A DNA stretch of 48,800 bases from an uncultured Ardenticatenaceae bacterium (GCA_964466135.1 CAYXNH010000001.1:1269-50068); one strand, 5' to 3'; counted from the first letter of the stretch, positions 27,948-37,337 are shown. Notes: a model not told the origin generated them from the sequence alone. Program-made: numbers and translations.

Positions 27948-28622
27948 CTACTGCCCGGTCGCTTGCTTTTCCTGCTGCTCGCGTTTTTTGGCCCGTCGTC
28001 CCACCAGGCGTTCCGTGCCGTTCATGACGCGCTTGATGTTCGGCCGTAGCGCCCAGGTGACGACGAGACCCGCAGCGATGCTGCCCGCCAAATAGGCGCC
28101 TGTCGTGTCGATGCCCATGAAATAACGGACGGCGAAGGCCACGATCGTCACCGCGGCCATGCTCAACGAAGCCACCGAAGCCATACCCACGAAGTAGAGC
28201 ATGCCGCCCATGACCACGAAAGCGATGGGTAACACCCACGGCCAGATGGCGCTAGACCAGCCGACATTAGGCCCGGTTCCCGCCCCGCCACCGAATTTGA
28301 GAAAGATGGACCAGTTGTGGCCGATGACCGAGAGCACGCCGGCTGTCGCCTGCGCCCAGGGCAATGCGGCCGGGCCGAGCGCGCTGCCCAATAGCCGCGT
28401 CGTCAGCCAAACAGCCAGGAAGCCCTTGAAGACGTCGCTTAACGAGGTGAGTACGCCGACGCCAAGCCCGGCAGCGCGGAGGGAGTTCGTACCACCAGTG
28501 CGGCCGCTGCCGATGGTGCGCAGGTCTTCGCCCTTGAACAGGCGAACGTAGATATATCCGAACGGAATCGAGCCGCACAAGTAACCGATAAGCGCGGCCA
28601 ATAAAAAATAAACTGCCTGCAT
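27948..28622 (-). CDS. plsY: Glycerol-3-phosphate acyltransferase PlsY
   Basis: GYLCGSIPFG, DLR.IGSG.TGGTN..R, D.FKG, GHNWSIFL.F.GG, NIKR..NGTE; start set at ATG 28622 with GGGAG SD. Confidence 0.92.
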   Translation of the reverse strand: MQAVYFLLAALIGYLCGSIPFGYIYVRLFKGEDLRTIGSGRTGGTNSLRAAGLGVGVLTSLSDVFKGFLAVWLTTRLLGSALGPAALPWAQATAGVLSVIGHNWSIFLKFGGGAGTGPNVGWSSAIWPWVLPIAFVVMGGMLYFVGMASVASLSMAAVTIVAFAVRYFMGIDTTGAYLAGSIAAGLVVTWALRPNIKRVMNGTERLVGRRAKKREQQEKQATGQ

Positions 28623-28706
28623 TATTAAAAGCTCCCTCAATGGATTTGGGACTACACTATTAGAACACGTCCGAGGCTGTTTGGTTGCACCGTTCGCCGT
28701 CGATGA

Positions 28707-29117
28707 TCAGGCTGTCGTCGACAGTTCAATGGCCCTCACCTGACCGTCCCGGATGATGTAGGCTCGTACTTCCGGGCGCATCCGGTCGGCCAGCGAGATG
28801 ATGATCTGCGTCGAATCGGGGTAATTCGCCTCGACCACATCGGTCGCCGACGGCCGCGCCGGGCCTCCCGGATGGGAATGGTAGATGGCGACGATCTCCA
28901 GTCCCGCGGCGTCGATGGCTAACATCGCCTGAACCTGTTGCTGTGGCTCCATCCTGTAGGCCACAGTGCTATGCAGGTCGTTCTCTATCGGAATGAACAG
29001 CGTCGCCCGGCCGTCGCGGCCGCCCAGCAGGCCGCACACCTCTTCGGGATAGTGGGCCGCCGCGTGGGTGAGCATTTCCTCTATCAGGTCAGGGGGCAGG
29101 CGCAACTCATCCATCAC
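28707..29117 (-). CDS. JAB/MPN (M67 family) metallopeptidase
   Basis: YPEEVCGLL and IYHSHPGGPARPSATD (JAMM motif E...HxH...S..D). Confidence 0.9.
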   Translation of the reverse strand: MMDELRLPPDLIEEMLTHAAAHYPEEVCGLLGGRDGRATLFIPIENDLHSTVAYRMEPQQQVQAMLAIDAAGLEIVAIYHSHPGGPARPSATDVVEANYPDSTQIIISLADRMRPEVRAYIIRDGQVRAIELSTTA

Positions 29118-29145
29118 CGGGGGATCGTACCGGCAGGCATCATGA

Positions 29146-29185
29146 CAGGCAAACGGGCCGCGCCACTACGCGGCCCGCTTGCCTG
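29146..29185 (-). terminator. Hairpin downstream of the aspartase-like gene
   Basis: CAGGCAAACGGGCCGCG ... CGCGGCCCGCTTGCCTG. Confidence 0.65.
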
Positions 29186-29200
29186 ACTCGATTCGTCCAG

Positions 29201-30640
29201 CTAACTCTTGTGGATGCCGCCCTCGGTTAGTGCGGTCACATCCAGCAGTTTGTCGGCCATCTCGGCCGTCAGATAGCCTTTCTCGATGACGACCTCGCGG
29301 ACGGTCCGATTGGTCGCCAGCGCTTCCTTGGCCACCTCAGCCCCCTTCTGGTAGCCGATGACCGGGTTGAGGGCCGTCACCAGGATGGCGTTCTTGGCCA
29401 GCCAGCCGGTAGCCTTTTCGGCGTTGGCCGTCAGCCCCACGACGCAATTGTCGATGAAGGAGTTGACGGAGTTGATGATGATGTCCATGCTCTGGAACAG
29501 GTTGAAGGCGATGATGGGCATCATCACGTTCAGTTCCAGTTGCCCCGCCTGTCCGGCCAGCATCACCGTCAGGTCGTTGCCCATCACCTGGAACATGGCC
29601 ATGTTGAGCATCTCGGCCAGAACCGGGTTGACCTTGCCGGGCATGATCGACGAGCCGGGCTGCACCGGTGGCAGACGAACCTCGTCCAGACCCGTCGTGG
29701 GGCCGGAAGCCAGCAACCGGAAGTCGTTGGCGATGCGAGTCAGGTCTTGGGCCAGCGTGCGCAACGCGCCACTGAAGTGCACCGGGTCGGCCATGCTCTG
29801 CATCGATTCGAACAGGTCATCGCTTTCATACAACTGCAAGCCGCTCAGGCGGCCGAGTATCTTGACCATGCGCGAGTGATATTCGGGGTGGGCGTTGAGG
29901 CCGGTGCCGGTGGCCGTGCCGCCGATGCCCAGCCGCCGCAGCCCTTCGGCCGACTGGCGAATCTTGTCCACGTCGCGCTCAATGGCCCGCGCGTAGGCTC
30001 CGAACTCCTGACCCAGGCGCACGGGGACAGCGTCCTGCAGGTGGGTGCGGCCGCTCTTGACGATGCCGTCGAATTCGCGGGCCTTGTTGCGCAACTCGAC
30101 CGCCAGTCGATCCAGCGTGGCCAGCATTTCATCCAGTCGCCATAGTGCACCCAGTCGAATGGCGGTGGGGATGGTGTCGTTGGTCGATTGGGCCATGTTG
30201 ACGTGGTCGTTGGGGTTTACCGGCTTGCCCTTCTCGCCCAGAGCGAAGCCCAGGATCTCGTTGGCCCGGTTAGCCATAACCTCGTTGATGTTCATGTTAT
30301 GGCTGGTTCCCGCGCCGGCCTGGATGGGATCGACGACGAACTGATCGGCATACTTGCCGGCCAGTATCTCGTCTCCGGCCTGGATGATGGCTTGTGCCAT
30401 TTCGTCACCGGTGACGGTATGGCCGCCGGCCTCCTTGTCCATGAACAAGCCCAGGTCGTTGTTGACTTCGGCCGCAGCGCGTTTGATCAATACCATCGAC
30501 CACACAAAGGCCGGATAGGGTCGCAAACCGGTGATGGGGAAGTTGTGGATGGCGCGTTGGGTCTGCGCTCCCCAATAGGCCGCCGCCGGGACCCGCACAT
30601 CGCCCAAAGAGTCTTTCTCGATGCGAAACTCGTCAGTCAT
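29201..30640 (-). CDS. aspA: Aspartate ammonia-lyase / class II fumarate hydratase
   Basis: RIEKDSLG, WGAQTQRA..NF, QAGAGTSHNMN (aspartase-like), HVNMAQSTND, GRTHLQDAVP, GSSIMPGKVNP; aspA versus fumC not fully resolvable. Confidence 0.85.
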   Translation of the reverse strand: MTDEFRIEKDSLGDVRVPAAAYWGAQTQRAIHNFPITGLRPYPAFVWSMVLIKRAAAEVNNDLGLFMDKEAGGHTVTGDEMAQAIIQAGDEILAGKYADQFVVDPIQAGAGTSHNMNINEVMANRANEILGFALGEKGKPVNPNDHVNMAQSTNDTIPTAIRLGALWRLDEMLATLDRLAVELRNKAREFDGIVKSGRTHLQDAVPVRLGQEFGAYARAIERDVDKIRQSAEGLRRLGIGGTATGTGLNAHPEYHSRMVKILGRLSGLQLYESDDLFESMQSMADPVHFSGALRTLAQDLTRIANDFRLLASGPTTGLDEVRLPPVQPGSSIMPGKVNPVLAEMLNMAMFQVMGNDLTVMLAGQAGQLELNVMMPIIAFNLFQSMDIIINSVNSFIDNCVVGLTANAEKATGWLAKNAILVTALNPVIGYQKGAEVAKEALATNRTVREVVIEKGYLTAEMADKLLDVTALTEGGIHKS

Positions 30641-30650
30641 ATCGTTCCTC

Positions 30651-30705
30651 CAAAAATAAAGAACCGAATTAACTAACCAGACAAACAGGTCAGTTAATTC
30701 GGTTC
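30651..30705 (-). terminator. Strong intrinsic terminator between the ferredoxin gene and aspA, abutting the aspA SD
   Basis: 14-bp perfect stem GAACCGAATTAACT/AGTTAATTCGGTTC, followed on the minus strand by TTTATTTTT then GGAGG. Confidence 0.8.
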
Positions 30706-30763
30706 AGGTGCTTAACGGAAGAAGGGCCGAGCATTCCCGGCCTTTCCGGGTGGGAAACCCACC

Positions 30764-31171
30764 TTACATGTTCAGAGCGTCGTAGCCTGGGCCTTCGGAG
30801 AAGAACCGGTAATTTTCCGGAATATCTTCGGTCAGGTCGATTACCTCGCCCCCGGCCAACTGTTTGCCGTTGAGCAGTTTGACGGCATGACCGTCGATCT
30901 CTCCCTCGAACGGCACGCCGGCGAGTTCGCCTTTCCGGCCGTTGATCCAGACACCGGCCGGAGCCGTGTAGTCAAACGGCACTTCCTCTTCGGGGAAGAT
31001 GGCCTCATAGGGGCACTCAGGCACACAAGCGCCGCAGTCGATGCATGTGTCGGGGTCGATGTAGAGCAGAGGCCAATCCGCTTCAGGCTGGCCCAGGATC
31101 ATACATTCGACTGGACACACCTCGACGCAGGCCGTGTCACGGAGGCACAATCGGGTAATGATGTGAGTCAT
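30764..31171 (-). CDS. Dicluster (7Fe/8Fe) ferredoxin with C-terminal insertion
   Basis: MTHII..C..D..C...CP..C and YIDPDTCIDCGACVPECPYEAI; SD AAGGAG. Confidence 0.9.
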   Translation of the reverse strand: MTHIITRLCLRDTACVEVCPVECMILGQPEADWPLLYIDPDTCIDCGACVPECPYEAIFPEEEVPFDYTAPAGVWINGRKGELAGVPFEGEIDGHAVKLLNGKQLAGGEVIDLTEDIPENYRFFSEGPGYDALNM

Positions 31172-31238
31172 TTACTGTCTCCTTATATTGATTAACCGAC
31201 CGGGCCTGTCAGGACGGCAAGTCCGTTCGGGTGGATAA

Positions 31239-31853
31239 TCATTTTCCGGCGGCCGAGTAGCGGGCCGCAACAGCATCCCAATTTACGACGTTCCACCAGG
31301 CCGAGACGTAATCCGGCCGGCGATTTTGATAGTTGAGGTAGTAGGCATGCTCCCAGACATCGAGGCCCAGGACAGGCGTATTGCCGTCCATAAGAGGTGT
31401 GTCCTGGTTGGGGGTGGAACCGACAGCCAAATCGCCGTTTCCGTCCACATAGAGCCAGGCCCAGCCGGAGCCAAAACGGGTGGCGGCCGCCTTGGAGAAT
31501 TTCTCCTTGAAGGCATCAAAACCGCCGAACGCCTTGTCGATGGCCGACGCCAGCGCGCCGGATGGTTCGCCGCCGCCGTTCGGGCCCATGGTCTCCCAGA
31601 ACAGGTTGTGGTTGGCAAAGCCGCCGCCGTTGTTGCGCACGGCCGTACGAATCGATTCAGGCACCGCGTCGAGATTGCCAAGGATTTCCTCAATGCTCTT
31701 GGCCGCCAATTTATCGTGACCCTCCAGGGCCGCGTTCAGGTTATTGGTGTAAGCCGCGTGATGCTTGTCGTGATGGATGCTCATCGTCCGAGCGTCGATA
31801 TGAGGCTCAAGCGCATCGTTCGCGTAGGGAAGTGGGGATAGTTGAAAAGTCAT
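31239..31853 (-). CDS. sodA: Superoxide dismutase (Mn-type signature)
   Basis: [50 protein letters not shown]; start ATG 31853. Confidence 0.95.
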   Translation of the reverse strand: MTFQLSPLPYANDALEPHIDARTMSIHHDKHHAAYTNNLNAALEGHDKLAAKSIEEILGNLDAVPESIRTAVRNNGGGFANHNLFWETMGPNGGGEPSGALASAIDKAFGGFDAFKEKFSKAAATRFGSGWAWLYVDGNGDLAVGSTPNQDTPLMDGNTPVLGLDVWEHAYYLNYQNRRPDYVSAWWNVVNWDAVAARYSAAGK

Positions 31854-31919
31854 TATTCTCTCCGTGTTTGACTTGTCCATACGCCATTGAAGAAATGACG
31901 TATCCGGGAACTGGAAAAG

Positions 31920-31969
31920 ATTCTAGCTCTTAATTGGCCATTGTCAAACAAAAGTTAACCGAGGTTAAC
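31920..31969 (-). promoter_or_regulatory. sodA promoter with upstream palindrome
   Basis: Minus strand TTGACA (31947-42) N16 TAGAAT (31925-20); GTTAACC-GA-GGTTAAC at 31954-69. Confidence 0.65.
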
Positions 31970-31991
31970 AACCGGAATCATACCGAAGAAT

Positions 31992-34523
31992 CTACCTAAG
32001 GGCAAAAACAAATGTCCCCTCATGGTTGTAGATCATCTCCAGCGCCGGGTTGCGGCCAAGCTCGGCCGGATCGAAATAGCCGCCTCGCGTCCCGACAAAT
32101 ACGTGGCTGACCCCCTGAACCGTCAGCCAGTCGGCGGCCGCCGGATCGCTCCAGTCCTCCACGGTTGAGGCAGCCTCGTTGAACGCCCGCACCGCGGCAA
32201 ACAGCTCGCGATTATAGATGTGGTCGACGGGCGGCGTGGTGGTCTCCAGCCCGGTCAGGGGCACGATCCAGGCCCCGCCGTCGCCCCCGGCCCAGGTGAC
32301 GCCTGACCAGCGCCAGGCGTTGACGGCGACGCGGGCGTCTTGCGGCAACTCCTCTTTCATCCAGGTCAGAGCGGGCAGGTCGTCGGCCAGGGCCAGAATG
32401 GTTTGCCGGTTCAGGATGTTGACCTGTTGCCGCCAGCCGAAGAGCGCCGGCAGCCCCAGCAGGATGCCCGCCAGAACCGCCAACGCGAGCCGGGCCGGAG
32501 GGATCGATCGCGCTTGGCGGTCTATCAGTCGCCACAGGCGGTCAGCCGCGATGGCCAGCAGGAGCGCCAACGGCAGGAAGAGGGTGATGTACATGCTGTT
32601 CAGGTTAACGACCAGCGTCTCCGGCAGGCCGAGGCGCTCCCCAGCCAGCAATACGAACAGCGCTCCCACCCAAACGACCAGCAGCAGCGGGAAGGTGGCC
32701 CACCGCCGCCGCCGAGCGAACGCCACCAGCAGGTAGCCGACGGCAACCGCCGCCGCAACCAGATAGACGCGTTCCCAGCCGGTCGTGATGTATCCCGTGG
32801 GAAAGTCGTTGTAGCCGGCCTGTGACTGCCGGAAGGCTTGAACGGGATCGGTGGCGGCCAATAGCTCGACCGCGCGCGGCAAGATGAGCAGCAAGCCCAA
32901 CGCGGCCGCCTTGAGCGGCCCCGACACACGGCGGAAGCTTATCCAGTGGGCCACGGCCACCACCGCCGCGAACGGCAGGTAAAACAGAAAGACCCGGAAG
33001 TGGATGAAGAACAGCCCGGCCGCCAGCACGCCGATGAGGGGCCAGACGCGTGGCCAACCGCGGCCGACCCGCCAGGTGAGGCCGATCAGGACGGGCATGA
33101 CCATCATCGCCGTCAGTTGGGTCATGCGGCCCCACGTTGCGTAATAGCCGGGGAAGAAGAACGGCAGGGCCACCAGAAACGCCGCCAGCAGCCCCACAAC
33201 CCGTCGCCGTGTCACCATCCACCCGGCGGCATAAACGGTCAGAGGCAACAGGCCGCCCAGTAACTGCATCAGATAGAGCAGCAATCCCGGCAAAGGTTCG
33301 CCGGTCATCATGAACAGGCCGGTCGGCAGGGTATGGAAGCCGAAGTGGTAGGGGAAGCGGTCGACCGGCAGCAGAGGCTCATAGCCGGTGGGGGTGCGGC
33401 CGTTCTCGACCATGACCGCAGTGATCAGCGCGTGGCGGCTGGAATCGACCCAGGGGGGAAAAGCCAGTCCGCGTATGGCCACGAAGCGAGCGGCTATCGC
33501 CAACAGGAGCAGCACAGCCAGCAGCAGGTAGACCAAGGTAGCTGCCCGTCGACGGTCGACTGTTGCAGCACCATGTTCTCGGCCCGCCCAGCGTCGCCCG
33601 GCAACGAGCGCGGCCGCCAACCATCCCAACCCCACAGCCGCCCATAGTATGGTCCCTGACCAGCGCCCACCGGCCAGCGAGACCCAATACCACAGGAGAG
33701 GCCAGGCGGCGACGCCCAGAGATAAGGCCGCGCCCAGCCAGGCGGCAGCATCCCAGCCGCGCGGCCTGAGCCACAGCAGCAGCAGGACCCCCGGCAAAGG
33801 CAGCATGAGCAGCGCCGCCAACCCCAGCCCGATTTGACGCAACGGGGCGACGGCCGCGTCCAGCATCTCCCCCGCCGTCAGCGCATAGCGAGCGGCGAAT
33901 CGGAGATCGCGGGCGTCGCTCGTGGTCGCTTCCGTCCGCAGTGGCCCGGTCAGGATGCTGAGAGCGCCCGCCGAGTAGACGTCCAGCGAATAGCCCCAGG
34001 CCGAGATATGGTTGGCCTCGCTGCCCAATAGGCGCAGGGTATAGAGTCGCCCGGCCGAGCGTGGCTGGGGCGGGAAGGTCAGTGTGTAGGTCTGGTTGTG
34101 GCTCAGCCCGGCTGTCGGCTGTGTTTCAGCGGCGACCAGCGCCCCGGTATCATCCCGTAATTCGACGGTGAAGGTGTCATCGCCCTCCAGAGCGGGCGAT
34201 GTGCCGCCATAGCGCACCAGGATCAACTCGATCTCGTTCAGGCCGTCATGACGGGGGACGAAAGTCTGCTCGATCGCCAGATCAGACTGGGGCGCGGGCA
34301 AGGCCGTGTCCAGACGACCCTGAGCGATATCATCGGCCACCAGCGGCCCGCACAGATAGTGCCAGGTGCAGATGCCGAACCGGTCGAGCGCCACCAGCGC
34401 CAGGATGACGACGACGGCCGAGACCAACATGACCCATGGAACCGGCAATCGGGGGTTATTCGCGGGCGAGGTGGGGGGCAGATCGGCCAGGGCAGGCTCC
34501 GGTCTGCTCGATAGCTGTTCCAT
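31992..34523 (-). CDS. Large polytopic membrane protein, probable GT-C-fold glycosyltransferase
   Basis: N-terminal soluble beta-domain, more than 12 TM helices, PPWVDSSRH and YHFGFH loop motifs, C-terminal D.G.WI..LT...GVSHVFVG domain. Confidence 0.7.
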   Translation of the reverse strand: MEQLSSRPEPALADLPPTSPANNPRLPVPWVMLVSAVVVILALVALDRFGICTWHYLCGPLVADDIAQGRLDTALPAPQSDLAIEQTFVPRHDGLNEIELILVRYGGTSPALEGDDTFTVELRDDTGALVAAETQPTAGLSHNQTYTLTFPPQPRSAGRLYTLRLLGSEANHISAWGYSLDVYSAGALSILTGPLRTEATTSDARDLRFAARYALTAGEMLDAAVAPLRQIGLGLAALLMLPLPGVLLLLWLRPRGWDAAAWLGAALSLGVAAWPLLWYWVSLAGGRWSGTILWAAVGLGWLAAALVAGRRWAGREHGAATVDRRRAATLVYLLLAVLLLLAIAARFVAIRGLAFPPWVDSSRHALITAVMVENGRTPTGYEPLLPVDRFPYHFGFHTLPTGLFMMTGEPLPGLLLYLMQLLGGLLPLTVYAAGWMVTRRRVVGLLAAFLVALPFFFPGYYATWGRMTQLTAMMVMPVLIGLTWRVGRGWPRVWPLIGVLAAGLFFIHFRVFLFYLPFAAVVAVAHWISFRRVSGPLKAAALGLLLILPRAVELLAATDPVQAFRQSQAGYNDFPTGYITTGWERVYLVAAAVAVGYLLVAFARRRRWATFPLLLVVWVGALFVLLAGERLGLPETLVVNLNSMYITLFLPLALLLAIAADRLWRLIDRQARSIPPARLALAVLAGILLGLPALFGWRQQVNILNRQTILALADDLPALTWMKEELPQDARVAVNAWRWSGVTWAGGDGGAWIVPLTGLETTTPPVDHIYNRELFAAVRAFNEAASTVEDWSDPAAADWLTVQGVSHVFVGTRGGYFDPAELGRNPALEMIYNHEGTFVFALR

Positions 34524-34629
34524 GGTACGGAACTATACCTTGACAAAGGCCTGAACTGAAACAGATATCGTCAATGGGATGATGTGTCAATTCGTAATAT
34601 TGGTTGTAAGGATACAAGCCTATATTAGT

Positions 34630-34724
34630 AATTGACGGACTTCCCTCCTTGCAAGTGGCGTCGCAAGTAGATTTGTTCCTCGTACTTCCTCCCCCTGACG
34701 TATGCGACGCCACTTCTTCTTTTT
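34630..34724 (+). ncRNA. Candidate small RNA with C-rich (anti-SD) loop and intrinsic terminator
   Basis: 13-bp stem AAGTGGCGTCGCA/TGCGACGCCACTT, loop containing CTTCCTCCCCCT, then CTTCTTTTT; both flanking genes are on the opposite strand. Confidence 0.4.
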
Positions 34725-34832
34725 CTGAACCCCGCAACGATTGGACAAGATGATGTGGCGCTGATCGAATTGATTATTGATTCGATGGGCTTGTTATATT
34801 TACCGACGTTTTGAGGAGCGGACAGATAGGGA

Positions 34833-35663
34833 TCATCCTCCGATCGGATCGTCGTAATCCAGAAAACGATCCTGCACCCAGCCGACGATACCCGCGACAG
34901 TCTGAATCTCTTGCCAGACCTCGCCCTTGTAAAAAGCGTTGCCGGTAAGCGGTATGACCGTGTCGCCACGGACGAGGATGACAAGCGCCGGTCCGCCGGG
35001 CAACTGCCGCACGGGCAGGGTGCTGGTGCCGTCGTTGATTCGCGCCGTGGGCACGAGGATGGGGGTCGCCGTTGGGGTTGGCGTAGGTGTGGGCGTGAGA
35101 GTGGCGGTTGGGGCTTCCGTCGGCCGGAGCGTTCCGGCGGCCGATGCTGCCTGCTCCGCACCCGTGCCCGGCGGTGGCGCGATCTCGGCCGTGCCGCTGA
35201 TGACCTCTCCCGCTCCGACGGCCGGTTGGGTCGCTGTCGGACCTTCAGTCGCCCCTGAGGCTCCGCCCGATGACGACGTCGGCAGCCCTACCATCGCGCC
35301 TGATTGGCCGCTCGGGCCATTCGAACCGGCTTCTCCCGCATCACCGATGTCGGTTGCGTCTCTGTCCTCGGTCAGGCCGGCCACGTCGTCGGCAGCGAGC
35401 GTGCCTTCGGCCGTGTCATTGGCGGCCCCGCCGCTCCCCAGCGGCACGCCGGCCATGAAAAAGCCCATGGCCAGCAGCAGCAAGGCCAGGCCATAGCCGG
35501 TGAAGGATTTGGCGCGCAGATCGAGGCGCTCGCTGCCCAGACTGAGGCGCGTCAGCAGGCGGGGGGATTGGGCCAGATAGGCTAAAGCGATGGCGACCAG
35601 CGCCCCCAGGGCTGAAAGCCCCATGCCCCATAATGTCCAGGATGGAAAACCTGTGCCGTCCAT
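34833..35663 (-). CDS. Membrane-anchored protein with Gly/Ala/Pro-Thr linker and C-terminal SH3b-like domain
   Basis: Two TM helices, PTPTPTPT linker, L.VR..PGG.....L..G..V......W.EI....G..GWV...FL; ATG 35663 preferred (TATAAT 9 nt upstream). Confidence 0.72.
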   Translation of the reverse strand: MDGTGFPSWTLWGMGLSALGALVAIALAYLAQSPRLLTRLSLGSERLDLRAKSFTGYGLALLLLAMGFFMAGVPLGSGGAANDTAEGTLAADDVAGLTEDRDATDIGDAGEAGSNGPSGQSGAMVGLPTSSSGGASGATEGPTATQPAVGAGEVISGTAEIAPPPGTGAEQAASAAGTLRPTEAPTATLTPTPTPTPTATPILVPTARINDGTSTLPVRQLPGGPALVILVRGDTVIPLTGNAFYKGEVWQEIQTVAGIVGWVQDRFLDYDDPIGG

Positions 35664-35807
35664 TCGGGCCACATTATAGCGCGTTTAGGATTCGTTGCAG
35701 GTGTTGCGCCTCGCTTTCGGCAAGGTTATTATCTTACAGTCAGCTTTCCCCCAGAGGAATGCACGGGACCCGGCCGAATGGCCGGATTTTTACAGAGATA
35801 ATGATTC

Positions 35808-36407
35808 ATGTCAGTCGCTGAACATTCGACTTCAACAACCCATATCGCAACCGAAATAGCGACGCCCGCCACCAGCCCGCGCCGTCCGGCCTCTTCTGTC
35901 ATTCGCGAGATCATCGAGACCTTGCTGTTGACGTTCTTCATCTTCTGGATCGTCAATTCGCTGGTCGGCCGCTATCGCATCGACGGCAACAGCATGAACC
36001 CCACCTTGTTCAACGGGGAATACCTGATCATCAGCAACTTCGCCTACAAGCTGGACGCCCCGGAACGCGGCGACATCATCGTCTTTCGCCACCCGCAAAG
36101 CGAGTTGAACCTCATCAAGCGGGTGATCGGCCTCCCCGGCGACACCATCGAGGTGCAAAACGGCACCGTGCGCGTCAACGGTACGGCCATCGACGAGCCG
36201 TATATTCAGGCTCCCCCGGACTACAGCAGCAGCTGGGTTGTGCCCCAGGGACAGTATTTTGTCCTGGGGGATAATCGCAATCATTCCAGCGATTCCCATG
36301 CCTGGGGGTTTTTGCCGGAAGATCATATATTAGGCAAGGCGCTGGTCATCTATTGGCCGCCAAGCAAGTGGATGAAAATACCGCATCACTTGTTTCCATC
36401 CAGCTAA
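35808..36407 (+). CDS. lepB: Signal peptidase I
   Basis: GNSMNPTL (Ser), RGDIIVF, LIKRVIGLPGD (Lys), GDNRNHSSDS. Confidence 0.95.
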   Translation: MSVAEHSTSTTHIATEIATPATSPRRPASSVIREIIETLLLTFFIFWIVNSLVGRYRIDGNSMNPTLFNGEYLIISNFAYKLDAPERGDIIVFRHPQSELNLIKRVIGLPGDTIEVQNGTVRVNGTAIDEPYIQAPPDYSSSWVVPQGQYFVLGDNRNHSSDSHAWGFLPEDHILGKALVIYWPPSKWMKIPHHLFPSS

Positions 36408-36521
36408 GGAAATTGGCGGCCGCGACGATGGCGGGCGACGCTTATCTTGACATAATTATATTGATTCGTAGGCCGTCGAACCGCATCGTTCGATCATGAT
36501 GTTCGGGGTTTTTCGGTTTAC

Positions 36522-37301
36522 ATGACAGGGGGAAAGATGTCGGACGGCCGGGCAGAGATCGAGGCGCTGGTGAGAAAAGTGGTCACCCGGACACTGGGCG
36601 ACGCCGAGCGCCATGCTCCTGTTCAGCGGCCGCTGCTCGACGAGGCCGCCCTGCGCGAGACAGCCCCCGGCACCACGCTCGTGCTCACCCCCGGCACCAT
36701 CGTCACTCCCCTCGCTCGCCAGTTAGCCGGGGAGCGCCATATCACGCTGCAATTTGCTCCTGCCGAACCGCCACGAGATGTTCAGGGCATGCCTGGCGGC
36801 CGTCGCGTGGCCATCGGTGGCGACCACGGCGGCTATGATCTTAAGGAAATGCTCAAGGCCATGCTGTCGGCCGACTATGAGGTGATCGACTGCGGGACCC
36901 ATAGCAAGGACCCCGTCGACTATCCCGACATCGCCGTGGCCGTGGCCCGGCTGGTGGCCGCGGGCGACGCCTGGCGGGGTATCATCATCGACGGCGCGGG
37001 CATCGGCAGTTGCATGGCGGCCAACAAGATCGCTGGTGTGCGCGCGGCAATGTGTTATGATCAAGCTACGGCCGTGAACAGCCGCGAGCATAACAATGCC
37101 AACGTTCTGACGCTCGGAGCAGGCCTCATCGGGCCGAACCTGGCCCAACAGATCGTGCGCACATGGCTCAATACGGAATTCGGCGGCGGCCGTCATGCGG
37201 CTCGTGTGACCAAGATCGACGCGCTCGACTGCGCCGGAGGATCGCGACCGGCTGCCGGCATTGAAACAATGAAGCAGGCAAAACCGCCATCCGCCTATTA
37301 A
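36522..37301 (+). CDS. rpiB: Ribose-5-phosphate isomerase B with N-terminal encapsulation-peptide-like helix and extra small domain
   Basis: VAIGGDHGG..LK, VDYPD, DGAGIGSCMAANK..GVRAA, SREHNNANVL, FGGGRH..RV.KI; about 90-aa N-extension; start may be 36537. Confidence 0.9.
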   Translation: MTGGKMSDGRAEIEALVRKVVTRTLGDAERHAPVQRPLLDEAALRETAPGTTLVLTPGTIVTPLARQLAGERHITLQFAPAEPPRDVQGMPGGRRVAIGGDHGGYDLKEMLKAMLSADYEVIDCGTHSKDPVDYPDIAVAVARLVAAGDAWRGIIIDGAGIGSCMAANKIAGVRAAMCYDQATAVNSREHNNANVLTLGAGLIGPNLAQQIVRTWLNTEFGGGRHAARVTKIDALDCAGGSRPAAGIETMKQAKPPSAY

Positions 37302-37337
37302 ACGGATGGTATGAAGAATTGACGACTGATTGCTGCC

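Noticed and set aside
28707-29117. JAB peptidase as part of a CBASS or ubiquitin-like defence system
   Set aside because: No cyclase, E1/E2 or ThiS/MoaD gene is adjacent; it fits a housekeeping sulfur-carrier-processing M67 peptidase
31600-31640. SOD motif GGGFANH instead of the usual GGGHxNH
   Set aside because: The substituted His is not a metal ligand; all four ligands and the Mn-type Gln are present
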